A stretch of DNA of 64,000 bases from positions 19,451 through 83,450 of the forward strand of contig CAKPKP010000005.1 of the NCBI GenBank assembly GCA_934167495.1. The letters are read 5' to 3'. Source of the DNA: an uncultured Clostridia bacterium. GTDB lineage: Bacteria > Bacillota > Clostridia > TANB77 > CAG-508. Positions 48,143 through 59,068 of this stretch are shown here, in pieces. The notes under the pieces are model-generated. The model ran no database searches and had not been told where the DNA came from. It saw only the letters and a program-made list of their open reading frames with translations. Position numbers and translations under genes: made by a program. The stretch's first letter is position 1. Each line of letters starts with the position of its first letter.

Positions 48143-48883
48143 TCAATCTTTTTTTCTTCCGCCAAATAAAATTTGATTATTACTAAAATCTTCTTCCTCT
48201 TCAACCTCTTGTTGCTTCTTAGATTTTAATATTTTCTGTCTAGGCTTTTTTATTTTTTCTTCTTTCTGAGTTCTTGCAATTGCTTCATCTACAGACAAAG
48301 TTTTTTCATATTCTATAATATTATGCACTGGTTCTTCATAAATTCCCTCTAAATATATATCTTTTTTTAAAGGTTTCTCCATACTAATATCATATAAATA
48401 TCTATCTATTATATTTCTTTCGTTTTTACTATATAAATCCATTTCTAAGTGTAAATAATTATATCTCCATATTACATGTCGTTCATATGGTGTATACTTA
48501 GATTTATTTAAATTTTCATAATCATATTCTACTTTAAAATGAAATTTTTCAATAGATATTGTAATATTACTCCAAACTTTTCTTTCTTTTTTTATAGCAA
48601 TCTCTCTTAATTTTTTTATAGTATTATATAAACTATTTATTAATTCAGAATATTTATCTTCATCTATGTTAAATATTGTAGGTATTTCATATGCATTTAT
48701 TGGCTTCTTTTTTATTATTCCTTTTGGAAAGTAATAAAAATACATTTCACCTACTGGTCTTTTAAATGGTACATCTATTATAGAAGCATACAAAAATATG
48801 CTTTCCCATTTTTCTGGGATTAGATAAAACAATTTCTTTTGTATGTCTTCATATAAAATTTTTTCTTGTTTTGAGCTTAGCAT
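48143..48883 (-). CDS. Hypothetical protein (246 aa) inserted between eno and gpmI
   Basis: ORF only; lysine/glutamate-rich C-terminal tail. Confidence 0.35.
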   Translation of the reverse strand: MLSSKQEKILYEDIQKKLFYLIPEKWESIFLYASIIDVPFKRPVGEMYFYYFPKGIIKKKPINAYEIPTIFNIDEDKYSELINSLYNTIKKLREIAIKKERKVWSNITISIEKFHFKVEYDYENLNKSKYTPYERHVIWRYNYLHLEMDLYSKNERNIIDRYLYDISMEKPLKKDIYLEGIYEEPVHNIIEYEKTLSVDEAIARTQKEEKIKKPRQKILKSKKQQEVEEEEDFSNNQILFGGRKKD

Positions 48884-48914
48884 AAATGTATATCCCTTCC
48901 TTAGAATACTTAAA

Positions 48915-50444
48915 CTAATCTTCTAATAAACTTTCCCCTGTCATTTCCTCTGGTTTTTCTAATTCCATAAGATCTAACATTGTTGGTGCTAAATCTGCTA
49001 GTCTACCTTCCTTTAATTTTTTATTTGTGTCTGAAATTAGAACTAATGGTACTGGATTTGTAGTATGTGCTGTATGTGGTTCTCCAGTTTTATAATCTAT
49101 CATTTGTTCTGAATTTCCATGATCAGCTGTTATTAAAAGATTTCCATGTTTTTCTTTTATTGCTTTAACTACTCTTGCAACACATGTATCTAATGTTTCT
49201 AAAGCTTTTATACAAGCTTCTATATTTCCTGTATGACCTACCATATCTGGATTTGCATAATTTAAAATAATGCAATTATATTTTTCTGATTCTATTGCTT
49301 CTACAACTTTATCAGTAACTTCTATAGCACTCATTTCTGGTTTTAAATCATATGTTTCAACTTTTGGAGAAGGTATTAATATTCTGTCTTCACCTTCATA
49401 TTGTTTTTCTTGTCCTCCATTAAAGAAGAATGTTACGTGAGCATATTTTTCTGTTTCTGCTATTCTTAATTGTGTAAATCCTAATTTACTTATATATTCT
49501 CCTAATGTATTTTTTATTTCATCTTTCTTAAATGCTACTTCTACATTTGGCATTGTTTCATCATATGGTGTGAAACAAACGAAAAATGTTTTAAAATATT
49601 CTCTTTCGAATCCGTCAAAATTTTCATCAACAATACTTCTAGTTATTTCTCTTGCTCTATCTGGTCTAAAATTAAAGAATATTACTGAATCATTTTCTGA
49701 AATTTTAGCAATTGGTTCGTCATTATTACATATAACAATAGGTTTAACAAATTCATCAAATACTTCTTTTTGATATGATTCTTCAATTGCTGCTGTTGCA
49801 GAACTAAATTTTTCACCTTCACCTTTAACCATTGCATTATAAGCTTCTTTTACTCTTTCCCATCTTTTATCTCTATCCATTGCGTAAAATCTACCACATA
49901 AAGTTGCTATTTTACCAACACCTTTTTCTTCCATCTTCTTTTCTAATTCTGCAATATAAGTTTCTGCTGATGCTGGTGGTGTATCTCTTCCGTCTAAGAA
50001 GCAATGTACATATACATCTTCAAAATCTTTTCTTTTAGCCATTTCTAATAATGCATATAAATGTCTTATATGACTATGAACGCCACCATCTGAAACTAAT
50101 CCCATAATGTGTAATTTTGAATTATTTTTCTTACAATTTTCTATTGCAGAAACAAACTCTGGTATACTAAAGAAATCTCCATCTTCTATAGATTTTGTTA
50201 TTTTAGTAAAATCTTGATAAATAATTCTTCCTGCACCTATATTTGTATGTCCTACTTCTGAATTTCCCATTTGTCCTTCAGGTAATCCTACATCTAATCC
50301 ACTAGTATGAATTATTGTACTAGGATTTTTTGTAAATATTTCATCCAAATTTGGTGTGTTTGCTAATTTTACACAATTTCCTTCTTCTGATTCATTAATA
50401 CCATACCCATCAAGTATCATAAGCATTGTTAATTTTTTATTCAT
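48915..50444 (-). CDS. gpmI: 2,3-bisphosphoglycerate-independent phosphoglycerate mutase
   Basis: 509 aa; N-terminal LMILDGYG and metal-binding motifs; glycolytic synteny. Confidence 0.9.
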   Translation of the reverse strand: MNKKLTMLMILDGYGINESEEGNCVKLANTPNLDEIFTKNPSTIIHTSGLDVGLPEGQMGNSEVGHTNIGAGRIIYQDFTKITKSIEDGDFFSIPEFVSAIENCKKNNSKLHIMGLVSDGGVHSHIRHLYALLEMAKRKDFEDVYVHCFLDGRDTPPASAETYIAELEKKMEEKGVGKIATLCGRFYAMDRDKRWERVKEAYNAMVKGEGEKFSSATAAIEESYQKEVFDEFVKPIVICNNDEPIAKISENDSVIFFNFRPDRAREITRSIVDENFDGFEREYFKTFFVCFTPYDETMPNVEVAFKKDEIKNTLGEYISKLGFTQLRIAETEKYAHVTFFFNGGQEKQYEGEDRILIPSPKVETYDLKPEMSAIEVTDKVVEAIESEKYNCIILNYANPDMVGHTGNIEACIKALETLDTCVARVVKAIKEKHGNLLITADHGNSEQMIDYKTGEPHTAHTTNPVPLVLISDTNKKLKEGRLADLAPTMLDLMELEKPEEMTGESLLED

Positions 50445-50474
50445 TTCGTTATTCTCCTTTTCATTTTCCGTTTC

Positions 50475-51233
50475 CTATTTATCATAATTAACTATTTTGC
50501 TAAATTCTTCTGGTTTCAAGCTTGCTCCACCAACTAATCCACCATCTATATCAGATGTTGTAAATAATTCTTTTGCATTAGTTGATTTTACACTTCCGCC
50601 ATATTGTATTATAACACAATCAGCAACATCTTTTCCATATATTTTTGAAATTTCTTCTCTTATACTTTTTATACTATTATTTGCATCTTCTGAAGTAGCT
50701 GTTTTTCCAGTACCTATAGCCCAAATTGGTTCATATGCTATTATAGTATTTTTAACTTGCTCATTTGTTAATCCATCTAAAGCAAGTCTTGTTTGTGTTG
50801 TTATTATTTCTTCTGTTTTACCAGCTTCTCTTTGCTCTAAAGATTCTCCTACACAAACTATTGGTTTTAAATCATTTGCAAATGCTGCTTTTATTTTTTT
50901 ATTTACAGTTTCATCTGTTTCTGCAAAATATTGTCTTCTTTCAGAATGACCTATTATTACATATTCTACTCCTATTGATTTAAGCATTTTTCCTGATACT
51001 TCACCAGTGTATGCACCACTTTCTTCAAAATGCATATTTTGTGCACCTATTTTTATATTTGTTCCTTGCGCATGCATTAATACATAAAATAAATCTGTGT
51101 ATGGTGCACAAATTATAACTTCATTATCTGTATCTTTAACAAGTGAAGATAACTCTGTCATATATTCAATTGCTTCATTTGGAAGCATATTCATTTTCCA
51201 ATTTCCTGCTATTACTTTTTTTCTCATATACAT
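50475..51233 (-). CDS. tpiA: Triose-phosphate isomerase (true start probably the second Met, [13 protein letters not shown])
   Basis: IAGNWKMN motif, catalytic IGHSERR and [11 protein letters not shown]. Confidence 0.9.
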   Translation of the reverse strand: MYMRKKVIAGNWKMNMLPNEAIEYMTELSSLVKDTDNEVIICAPYTDLFYVLMHAQGTNIKIGAQNMHFEESGAYTGEVSGKMLKSIGVEYVIIGHSERRQYFAETDETVNKKIKAAFANDLKPIVCVGESLEQREAGKTEEIITTQTRLALDGLTNEQVKNTIIAYEPIWAIGTGKTATSEDANNSIKSIREEISKIYGKDVADCVIIQYGGSVKSTNAKELFTTSDIDGGLVGGASLKPEEFSKIVNYDK

Positions 51234-51315
51234 CCTCCTAATTTAGATAGTTTACAAGTTTTAGAAAAGATAATTTTACAATTATCTTTTCTAAATTATC
51301 TAATGATATATTATA

Positions 51316-52500
51316 CTATTTATCTAATAAACATTCAATACCTGGTAATTTCTTTCCTTCTAAGAATTCTAATGAAGCTCCACCACCTGTTGAAACATGT
51401 GTAAATTTTTCTGATAATCCAGCTTTTTCAACAGCAGCTGCTGAATCTCCACCACCTATTATTTTTACTGCATCTACATCTGCTAAAACTTTTGCTATTG
51501 AATTTGTTCCATTAGCAAATTGTTCAAATTCAAATAAACCTAAAGGTCCATTCCAAATTACTGTTTTTGCTTTCTTTAATTCTTCTGAATATAAAGCAAT
51601 TGTTTCATCTCCTATATCAAATCCTTCCCAACCATCTGGAATTTCTGTATATTTAACTACTTTACTTTCTGTATCTGGTTTAAATTCTTTACCAACTTTT
51701 GTATCTACTGGTAACATTAATTTAACACCTTTAGCTTTAGCTTTTTCCATTAATTCTTTTGCTAAATCTAATTTATCTAATTCACAAATTGAATTTCCTA
51801 CATTATATCCCATTGATTTGAAAAATGTATAAGCCATTCCACCACCAATCATTAATGTATCTACTTTTTCTAATAAACTATCAATTACTCCTATTTTATC
51901 AGAAACTTTTTTTCCACCTAATATTGCTACAAATGGTCTTGCTGGATTTTCTAATGCATCTCCCATGAAATTTAATTCTTTTTCAATTAAAAATCCTGAT
52001 ACTGCAGGTAAATAGTCTGCAACACCTGCTGTTGAACTATGTGCTCTATGAGCTGTACCAAAAGCATCGTTAACAAATATTTCTGCAAATGAAGCTAATT
52101 TTTTTGAAAGCTCAGGATCATTTTTTTCTTCTCCAGCTTCAAATCTAACATTTTCAAGTAATACAACTTCTCCTTCTTTCATGTTAGAAACTAATTCTTG
52201 TGCTGATTCTCCAACAACATCTTTTGCAAGTTTTACTTCTTGTCCTAATAATTTAGAAAGTTCTTTAGCTACTATATCTAGTGAAAATTCTGGTTTAACT
52301 TCTCCCTTTGGTCTTCCTAGATGAGAGCATAATATTACTTTACAATTGTTTTCTAATAAATATTTTATTGTAGGTAATGCAGCTACAATTCTTCTATTAT
52401 CTGTAATTACTCTTTCTTCATTATATGGTACATTAAAATCGCATCTAACTAAAACTTTTTTTCCTTTAACATCAATGTCTTTAACTGTTTTCTTATTCAT
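51316..52500 (-). CDS. pgk: Phosphoglycerate kinase
   Basis: 394 aa; [11 protein letters not shown]-terminal motif. Confidence 0.9.
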   Translation of the reverse strand: MNKKTVKDIDVKGKKVLVRCDFNVPYNEERVITDNRRIVAALPTIKYLLENNCKVILCSHLGRPKGEVKPEFSLDIVAKELSKLLGQEVKLAKDVVGESAQELVSNMKEGEVVLLENVRFEAGEEKNDPELSKKLASFAEIFVNDAFGTAHRAHSSTAGVADYLPAVSGFLIEKELNFMGDALENPARPFVAILGGKKVSDKIGVIDSLLEKVDTLMIGGGMAYTFFKSMGYNVGNSICELDKLDLAKELMEKAKAKGVKLMLPVDTKVGKEFKPDTESKVVKYTEIPDGWEGFDIGDETIALYSEELKKAKTVIWNGPLGLFEFEQFANGTNSIAKVLADVDAVKIIGGGDSAAAVEKAGLSEKFTHVSTGGGASLEFLEGKKLPGIECLLDK

Positions 52501-52532
52501 AAAAAATCTCCTTTATCTTTTATTATTTATTT

Positions 52533-52592
52533 AATAGGAAATTCAGAGGAATTTCCTATTAAACAAAAAGAAGGTTGGAACCCAGCCAACCT
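52533..52592 (-). terminator. Two tandem hairpins between gap and pgk. One is the lone AATAGGAAATTCagagGAATTTCCTATT module. The other is AGGTTGGaacccagCCAACCT plus a T-run on the minus strand.
   Basis: Read directly. The first hairpin belongs to the same family as the hairpin modules of the structured repeats. Confidence 0.5.
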
Positions 52593-52608
52593 CCTTTATA
52601 TTTATAAA

Positions 52609-53625
52609 CTAATTTAATTCTGCAAAATATTTGATTGTTCTAACCATTTGGCTAGTATATGAATTTTCATTGTCGTACCAAGCTACAACTTGAACTTGAT
52701 ATAAACCTTCTGAAATTTCTGTTACCATTGTTTGTGTTGCATCAAATAATGAACCATTTGTTATACCTATTATGTCTGAAGAAACTAATGGTTCTTCTGT
52801 GTATCCAAATGATGCACTAGATTGTGCTTTCATTGCAGCATTTATTGAGTCTACTGTTATATTTTCTCCTTTTACAACAGCTACTAATATAGTTGTTGAT
52901 CCTGTTGGTACAGGAACTCTTTGAGCAGATCCTATTAATTTTCCGTTTAATTCTGGAATAACTAATCCTATAGCTTTAGCTGCTCCTGTTGAGTTAGGAA
53001 CAATATTTACTGCAGCTGCTCTAGCTCTTCTTAAATCACCTTTTCTGTGTGGTCCATCAAGAACCATTTGATCACCTGTGTAAGCATGAACTGTTGTCAT
53101 TATTCCTGATTGAATTGGTGCATAATCGTTTAATGCTTTAGCCATAGGTGCTAAACAGTTTGTTGTACATGAAGCTGCTGATATTATAGTATCTTCTGCT
53201 TTTAAAGTACCTTCGTTTACTCCATAAACTATTGTTGGTAAATCTTTTCCAGCTGGTGCAGAAATAACAACTTTTTTTGCTCCTGCTTTGATATGAGCTT
53301 CTGCTTTTTCTTTTGATGTATAGAATCCTGTACATTCTAATACAACATCAACACCAATTTCTCCCCAAGGAAGATTTACGGCATCTTTTTCTGCATATAT
53401 TTTTATTGTTTTTCCATCAACTGTTATTGAGTTTTCCCCAGCAACAACTGTATCTGCTTTTTCATATCTTTTTTGTGCAGAATCATATTTTAATAAATGA
53501 GCTAACATATCAGGGCTTGTTAAATCGTTTATTGCTACGATTTCGTATCCCTCTGCTCCAAACATTTGTCTAAATGCTAGACGTCCTATACGTCCAAATC
53601 CATTTATAGCTACTCTAACTGACAT
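52609..53625 (-). CDS. gap: Glyceraldehyde-3-phosphate dehydrogenase
   Basis: [16 protein letters not shown]-terminus; SCTTNCLAP catalytic motif. Confidence 0.9.
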   Translation of the reverse strand: MSVRVAINGFGRIGRLAFRQMFGAEGYEIVAINDLTSPDMLAHLLKYDSAQKRYEKADTVVAGENSITVDGKTIKIYAEKDAVNLPWGEIGVDVVLECTGFYTSKEKAEAHIKAGAKKVVISAPAGKDLPTIVYGVNEGTLKAEDTIISAASCTTNCLAPMAKALNDYAPIQSGIMTTVHAYTGDQMVLDGPHRKGDLRRARAAAVNIVPNSTGAAKAIGLVIPELNGKLIGSAQRVPVPTGSTTILVAVVKGENITVDSINAAMKAQSSASFGYTEEPLVSSDIIGITNGSLFDATQTMVTEISEGLYQVQVVAWYDNENSYTSQMVRTIKYFAELN

Positions 53626-53982
53626 TTTATAATTCCTCCACTTCTGATACTTTAACCTATATAACTAATAAAGCATCGTTAAAAATTTAGTCTGTCATTG
53701 ACCAATGCTATTCTATATCAATTCTCAAAATTTTTCAAGTATTTTTTTGATAAATTTGAATACATATGTATTTTTCCCATTTTTTAGTAATTTTATACGT
53801 TTCAATATATTAAGAAGACTAAAGAGCTAATTAATTTTTTCAGATGTTTTCATGTAGTAAAATTTATGAAATAAATTTTCTGTGCAATGTAATTTTCTAT
53901 AATAGAAACTTGAATAACCTTCCTATTATAAATATAAATAGAGACTTTGAAGTTTCAAAGTCTCTTAAAATAGTATGCTGTC

Positions 53983-54684
53983 TTATTCAATCCATAAAGC
54001 TATCCTAAATGTAATATCTTTACTTTTCTCATTATTAATTGCAATATTTTTTGGAAATTTTTGACTTATGAACTTAGAATTTCTGACGATTTTACAAGCT
54101 ACGCCTATACCTTTTGATTCTTGCGTCCACTCCATCATCATTTTGTTACATTCAAAATCATAGTCAACTGATGCATCATATTCACTGCCAAAAAGCAAAT
54201 GACTTTTTACTTTGTCAGTATTTTCAAACATTTTTGCAATTTCTTTTGCAGAATCATAGCTAATTTCATTCCAAGGTTCACCTTCTTTAGTAATAACAGG
54301 TTTTCCATCTGGATTTTTTGAAACATAGAAACAAGAAATATAAAACCCTCCATATTTTTTTACACTTTCACATTGTAATGCAAATTCTTTTTTAAACGCT
54401 TCATTTAAATTTACATTCTTTAAAAAAGCCATGGATATAAATTTCTTTGAACCTACCTTTCTTTTTATAAAAGTTCCATCTGATTCCACTGATTTTACAG
54501 AAATCCATACAAATCTACTTCCATCAGACATTCTCTGAATAACAAAAAACTCTTCTATTGTTACATCTCGAAAATACCCTTCTGGAATAGGTGGATTAAT
54601 CGGATAAGCTTTTTTGTTTTCTACATTTTGCATACATCTTTCTTGGTTTTCAAACCGAATTCTCATTATTAAAAACCTCCTCAA
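53983..54684 (-). CDS. Hypothetical protein (233 aa)
   Basis: ORF only. A 12-bp perfect hairpin AGAGACTTTGAAgtTTCAAAGTCTCT lies immediately 3' (53940-53965). Confidence 0.35.
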   Translation of the reverse strand: MRRFLIMRIRFENQERCMQNVENKKAYPINPPIPEGYFRDVTIEEFFVIQRMSDGSRFVWISVKSVESDGTFIKRKVGSKKFISMAFLKNVNLNEAFKKEFALQCESVKKYGGFYISCFYVSKNPDGKPVITKEGEPWNEISYDSAKEIAKMFENTDKVKSHLLFGSEYDASVDYDFECNKMMMEWTQESKGIGVACKIVRNSKFISQKFPKNIAINNEKSKDITFRIALWIE

Positions 54685-54781
54685 ATTGTTAATAATCGGC
54701 TTTTGCTAAATATTTTAACATATATATTATAACACTTTTATTTATAAAACTCAATTTCAATATATATTATTTTCTATTGTA

Positions 54782-54925
54782 GAACAAAAGCGGACATTAA
54801 TAACTTTTGTACTTATTAAAACATTTTGAAGTCCGCGTCTTTGTTCGTGTGCGAAATTTGCAAAGCAAATTTCTGTGCAATATATTTATATTATAGGAAG
54901 TTCAGCGAACTTTCCTATAATATAA
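54782..54925 (-). repeat. Structured intergenic repeat, copy B (core plus TATAGGAAGTTCagcGAACTTTCCTATA hairpin module)
   Basis: Core about 97% identical to copy A. Sits 3' of the minus-strand gene 54964..55392. Confidence 0.8.
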
Positions 54926-54963
54926 AAAAAAACAAAGATGATTTTATCATCTTTGAAATTTTT

Positions 54964-55392
54964 TTATTTTTTCTTTCCGAATATTGTAATCTCTTGGAAT
55001 AAGAAATCGTGTAATTCTGGAAAGTGAACATCTTGAAACCAGAAATCATGAACTTCTTTTAGAACTTTCTCTTCTTTTGGAGTTAATTCTAATACTATCT
55101 TTTTATTTAAGTCTATTTCTTGGAATAAGAAATTTTTAACCTTTCCCCATAATCCAACTTTTTGAGGTAATGCTGTATTTCCTACTGAAACATTTTGACC
55201 TACTTGTCCATTTATTGTACCTGCGTTAACACCAAAATTTTCTCCAGTTCCACCTATTACTCCACCTTCTGTTCCAATTCCACCTGCATTTTCACCAAAA
55301 GCTCTATATACATTTCCTGCTTGAACTGCACCAGCTTGAGTATTTTCTTCTTGAACATCACCATTGTATTGAACTAATTTGTACTCTTTCAT
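54964..55392 (-). CDS. Small Gly-rich protein with three C-terminal DF[LW]FQ[ED] repeats
   Basis: GIGTEGGVIGGTGENFGVNAGTINGQVGQ followed by KNFLFQEID / HDFWFQDVH / HDFLFQEIT. Confidence 0.35.
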   Translation of the reverse strand: MKEYKLVQYNGDVQEENTQAGAVQAGNVYRAFGENAGGIGTEGGVIGGTGENFGVNAGTINGQVGQNVSVGNTALPQKVGLWGKVKNFLFQEIDLNKKIVLELTPKEEKVLKEVHDFWFQDVHFPELHDFLFQEITIFGKKK

Positions 55393-55513
55393 ATGCTTCC
55401 TCCTTTGTGAATTTAATTATCTACAGTATTTATACTACATATTTTTATTTTAATCAATAATTTTTACTTTGTTTTATATTTCTTTTTGGTTACAAAATGT
55501 AACATTTTTGTAA

Positions 55514-56819
55514 TTATTTCAATTCACCTAACAAACTATTATTATCAATTATAGAATTTAATTTCACTTCTTTTATAGTATTTTCAATATCTTTATTAGT
55601 TTTAACTTTTACTAATAAATAGTTTTCAGTATGTCCTTTTATAAATTCTCCTTCTCTATCTTCAAATAGTACCTTTTCTTTTTTATTTAAATATGAATTT
55701 AAATATTCTAATTCATTTTTATTTGAAAGTTCTATTAAAGCTTTACTTCTTACATCTTTAATATCATTACTAACTTGGTTATCCATTTTGCTTGCAACAG
55801 TACCTTTTCTAATTGAATATTTAAAAACATGCATCTTGTAAAATTTAATTTTTTCAAGAAAATTATAAGTTATATTAAATTCTTCATCTGTTTCTCCCGG
55901 AAATCCTACAATTATATCTGTAGTAAGCATAACATCATTATAAATTTCTCTTAGCAATTCTACAACTTTTTCAAATTCTTCTGTACTATATTTTCTATTC
56001 ATTCTTTTCAAAGTTCCGTTGCATCCGCTTTGAAGTGATAAATGAAAATGATGACATAATTTATTCAATTTTTTTATTCTATCACAAAATTCTTCATTTA
56101 TTATTGTTGGTTCAAGTGAACCTATCCTGATTCTTTCTATACCTTCAATTTTATTTATGTCTTCTAATAAATCAATTAATCTATAATTGTTATCAAAATC
56201 TTTTCCATATGAAGCTATATGTATCCCTGTTATTACAACTTCTTTTATTCCTTTTTCAGCAATTTTTTCAATTTCCTCTAGTATGCTTTCTTTTTTTCTG
56301 CTTTTAATCCTTCCTCTAGCATATGGAATTATACAATATGTACAAAAATTATTACATCCATCTTGTACTTTTATTGTAGCTCTTGTCCTTTCTGTATATG
56401 TAATACATCCAAATTCATTATATTCTTCAGATGACTCTATATTAACATCATTGTGATTTATATAATTTTCTACATGATCTACAATATTCTTTTTTTCACT
56501 ATTTCCTAAAATTAAATTTATTTCTTTTATTTTACTTAATTCTTCTTTTGCAACATCTGCATAACACCCAACAGCAACTATTATAGCATCTTTATTTAGT
56601 TCATGTGCTCTTCTTAACATTTGTCTTGATTTTCTATCAGACATATTTGTTACTGTACATGTATTTATAATATATATATCAGCCTCTTCTTCAGAATTAA
56701 CTATTTTATATCCTTTTTCTTCAAACTTTTGTATCATAGCATTTGTTTCATATTGGTTAACTTTACAACCGTAATGTAATAAATGCTACTTTGTTTATAT
56801 TTTTTCCATTGTTATTCAT
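55514..56819 (-). CDS. MtaB-like radical-SAM methylthiotransferase (tRNA ms2t6A-type), with an apparent +1 frameshift near the N-terminus
   Basis: CNNFCTYC (CxxxCxxC). The N-terminal MNNNGKNINKVAFITL is in one frame and ..YGCKVNQYETNAMIQKFEEKGY continues in another. A single extra base (minus-strand c in ttaCggttg, about plus position 56771) separates them. Removing it yields KVAFITLGCKVNQYE, the MiaB/MtaB family N-terminal consensus. Confidence 0.6.
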
Positions 56820-56822
56820 ATA

Positions 56823-57821
56823 TTATCTCTTCTTTTTCCCATCTAAACTATCTAAATTATCTAAGGCTTTTCCTGTTCCTAATGCTACACAAGATACAGC
56901 ATCTTCTGCTATCATTACATTTATTCCTGTTTTTTCTTGTAATAGCCTGTCCAATCCGTCTATTAGACAACCTCCACCAGTCATATATATACCTTTATCA
57001 CTTATATCAGCAACAAGTTCTGGTGGTGTTTTTTCAAGTACTGAATGAACTGCATCTGCAATCATTAAAGCTGGTTCTTGAAGTGCTTCCATCATTTCAC
57101 TTGAGTATACTGTTATTGTTTTTGGAAGACCTGTCATTAAATCTCTTCCTCTAATATCCATTTCTACATCTTGAATTTTTGGATATACACATCCAATATT
57201 AACTTTCAAATCTTCGGCAGTTCTTTCTCCTATCATCATGTTATGTCTTTTCTTTATATATTTAATTATATATTCATCAAATTTATCTCCTGCAACTTTT
57301 AATGAAGTACTTACTACTGAACCTCCTAGTGATATAACAGCTATATCTGTTGTTCCTCCACCTATATCTACTATCATATTTCCACAAGGTTTTGAAATAT
57401 CTATTCCTGCACCTATTGCTGCTGCTATTGGCTCTTCTATTAAATATACTTTTCTAGCTCCTGCTTGAGAAGCAGCATCTATAACAGCCTTTTTTTCAAC
57501 TTCTGTAACTTGAGATGGTATACATATCATGATTCTAGGAGAGAATATAAATCTTCCACCTATTTTACTAATAAAATATTTTAACATTTTTTCTGTAACA
57601 GTATAATCTGATATTACTCCATCTTTTAAAGGTCTTGTTGCCACAATATTTCCTGGTGTTCTTCCAAGCATTCTTCTTGCTTCATGTCCAACAGCTAAAA
57701 CATCTCCAGTTACATTGTTAACCGCAACAACTGATGGTTCTCTTAATACAATTCCTTTTCCTTTTACATATGCAATTACAGTTGCAGTACCTAAATCAAT
57801 TCCTATATCTTGACCAAACAT
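56823..57821 (-). CDS. Rod-shape-determining protein MreB family (Mbl/MreBH-like)
   Basis: DLGTATVIAY..., actin-fold phosphate motifs, 332 aa. Confidence 0.85.
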   Translation of the reverse strand: MFGQDIGIDLGTATVIAYVKGKGIVLREPSVVAVNNVTGDVLAVGHEARRMLGRTPGNIVATRPLKDGVISDYTVTEKMLKYFISKIGGRFIFSPRIMICIPSQVTEVEKKAVIDAASQAGARKVYLIEEPIAAAIGAGIDISKPCGNMIVDIGGGTTDIAVISLGGSVVSTSLKVAGDKFDEYIIKYIKKRHNMMIGERTAEDLKVNIGCVYPKIQDVEMDIRGRDLMTGLPKTITVYSSEMMEALQEPALMIADAVHSVLEKTPPELVADISDKGIYMTGGGCLIDGLDRLLQEKTGINVMIAEDAVSCVALGTGKALDNLDSLDGKKKR

Positions 57822-57932
57822 AATAGCTAATCTGTCCTTTCTATTATTATATTTATCCTAGTTACATTATTATTACATTTTCTTTGCAATTATATTACAT
57901 TTTTTCAAAAATAGCAAATACTTTTTATGAAT

Positions 57933-58319
57933 TTATGGTAATATTCTTAAAATTGTTTCTAACATTGAAGATATTATAGGAACAGACATAGAAACTATAA
58001 GTACTTTTCCTCCTAAATCAACTTTATTTGCAATAGCTGTTTCTCCTGAATCTTTGCAAATACTAATTGCAAACTCAGCTAAAATTGAAATTCCCGTAAT
58101 TTTCAATAATAAAATTAAAAAAGAATTATTTATATTAGTTTTATTAGCTAAATTGTTAAGCAATGACATTATTGATGATAATTTATCTATCACCAAACTT
58201 AATATAATTATTCCAGCAATTAGTGATATGTATATAGAAAATTCTGGTTTATATTGCTTTAAAATTATGGCTATTATTATTGCTGATATTCCTATTCCTA
58301 CTATTTTTACAATTTCCAT
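57933..58319 (-). CDS. spoIIIAD: Stage III sporulation protein AD (true start at MEIVKIVGIG)
   Basis: Collinear with the B. subtilis SpoIIIAD small membrane protein (KIVGIGI...AEF..G...A). Confidence 0.75.
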   Translation of the reverse strand: MEIVKIVGIGISAIIIAIILKQYKPEFSIYISLIAGIIILSLVIDKLSSIMSLLNNLANKTNINNSFLILLLKITGISILAEFAISICKDSGETAIANKVDLGGKVLIVSMSVPIISSMLETILRILP

Positions 58320-58335
58320 GAATCTTCCTCCAATT

Positions 58336-58530
58336 TTATAAATTAAACACAGTTCTAACTGTAGCAAATAACGTACTTATTTCTTTTATAACAATAGTAA
58401 GTACTACAATTATTCCTGCTAAAGTTGTCATCATTGCTTGATCTTCTCTTCCTGCTCTTACTAATACCTGATGCAATACTGCAACCAAAATTCCTATTGC
58501 AGCTATTTTAAATAATAAATCTATATCCAT
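58336..58530 (-). CDS. spoIIIAC: Stage III sporulation protein AC
   Basis: 64-aa two-TM protein in the canonical position. Confidence 0.75.
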   Translation of the reverse strand: MDIDLLFKIAAIGILVAVLHQVLVRAGREDQAMMTTLAGIIVVLTIVIKEISTLFATVRTVFNL

Positions 58531-58548
58531 ATGTCCTCCTTTACATTT

Positions 58549-59058
58549 CTAAATCAATATTATTGATATGGCAACTCCAGCTAATGTCCCTAAAGTTTTA
58601 TAAAGTTTTTCATTTTTCACCTTTTCTTCTTCTGCTTTTGATATTTGTGTTTCTATAAATGTTTGCATAAGCTCTATTTCACTTATTTGCCCTTCTTTAT
58701 CCGTTTTTCCTAATAAATTTCCTAGTGACTTTAATATATTTACATCTTCTGTTTTCATATTAGTTTCACTCTCTTCTAATGCCATACTCCAAGATTCAGT
58801 TGCACTTTTTATATTCATATGTTTACTTGCATTTATAAAAATATTAGAAATATTGGTTTCTCCAAATTTAGATATCTCTTTAAAAATCTCTGGTATGGGT
58901 TCATATGTAAATTTTATTTTAGTTTTAAAAATATTTAATGCCTCTTGCATTTGTTTTAATTCGTCAACTCTATATTTATATTTTTTTGATTTAATATTTC
59001 CAAGCATTGAAGATATCACTATTATTAAAAATATTACAATTATCTTTATGTATATCAT
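58549..59058 (-). CDS. spoIIIAB: Stage III sporulation protein AB
   Basis: 169 aa, N- and C-terminal TM helices, canonical position after spoIIIAA. Confidence 0.75.
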   Translation of the reverse strand: MIYIKIIVIFLIIVISSMLGNIKSKKYKYRVDELKQMQEALNIFKTKIKFTYEPIPEIFKEISKFGETNISNIFINASKHMNIKSATESWSMALEESETNMKTEDVNILKSLGNLLGKTDKEGQISEIELMQTFIETQISKAEEEKVKNEKLYKTLGTLAGVAISIILI

Positions 59059-59068
59059 TTGCTTCTCC

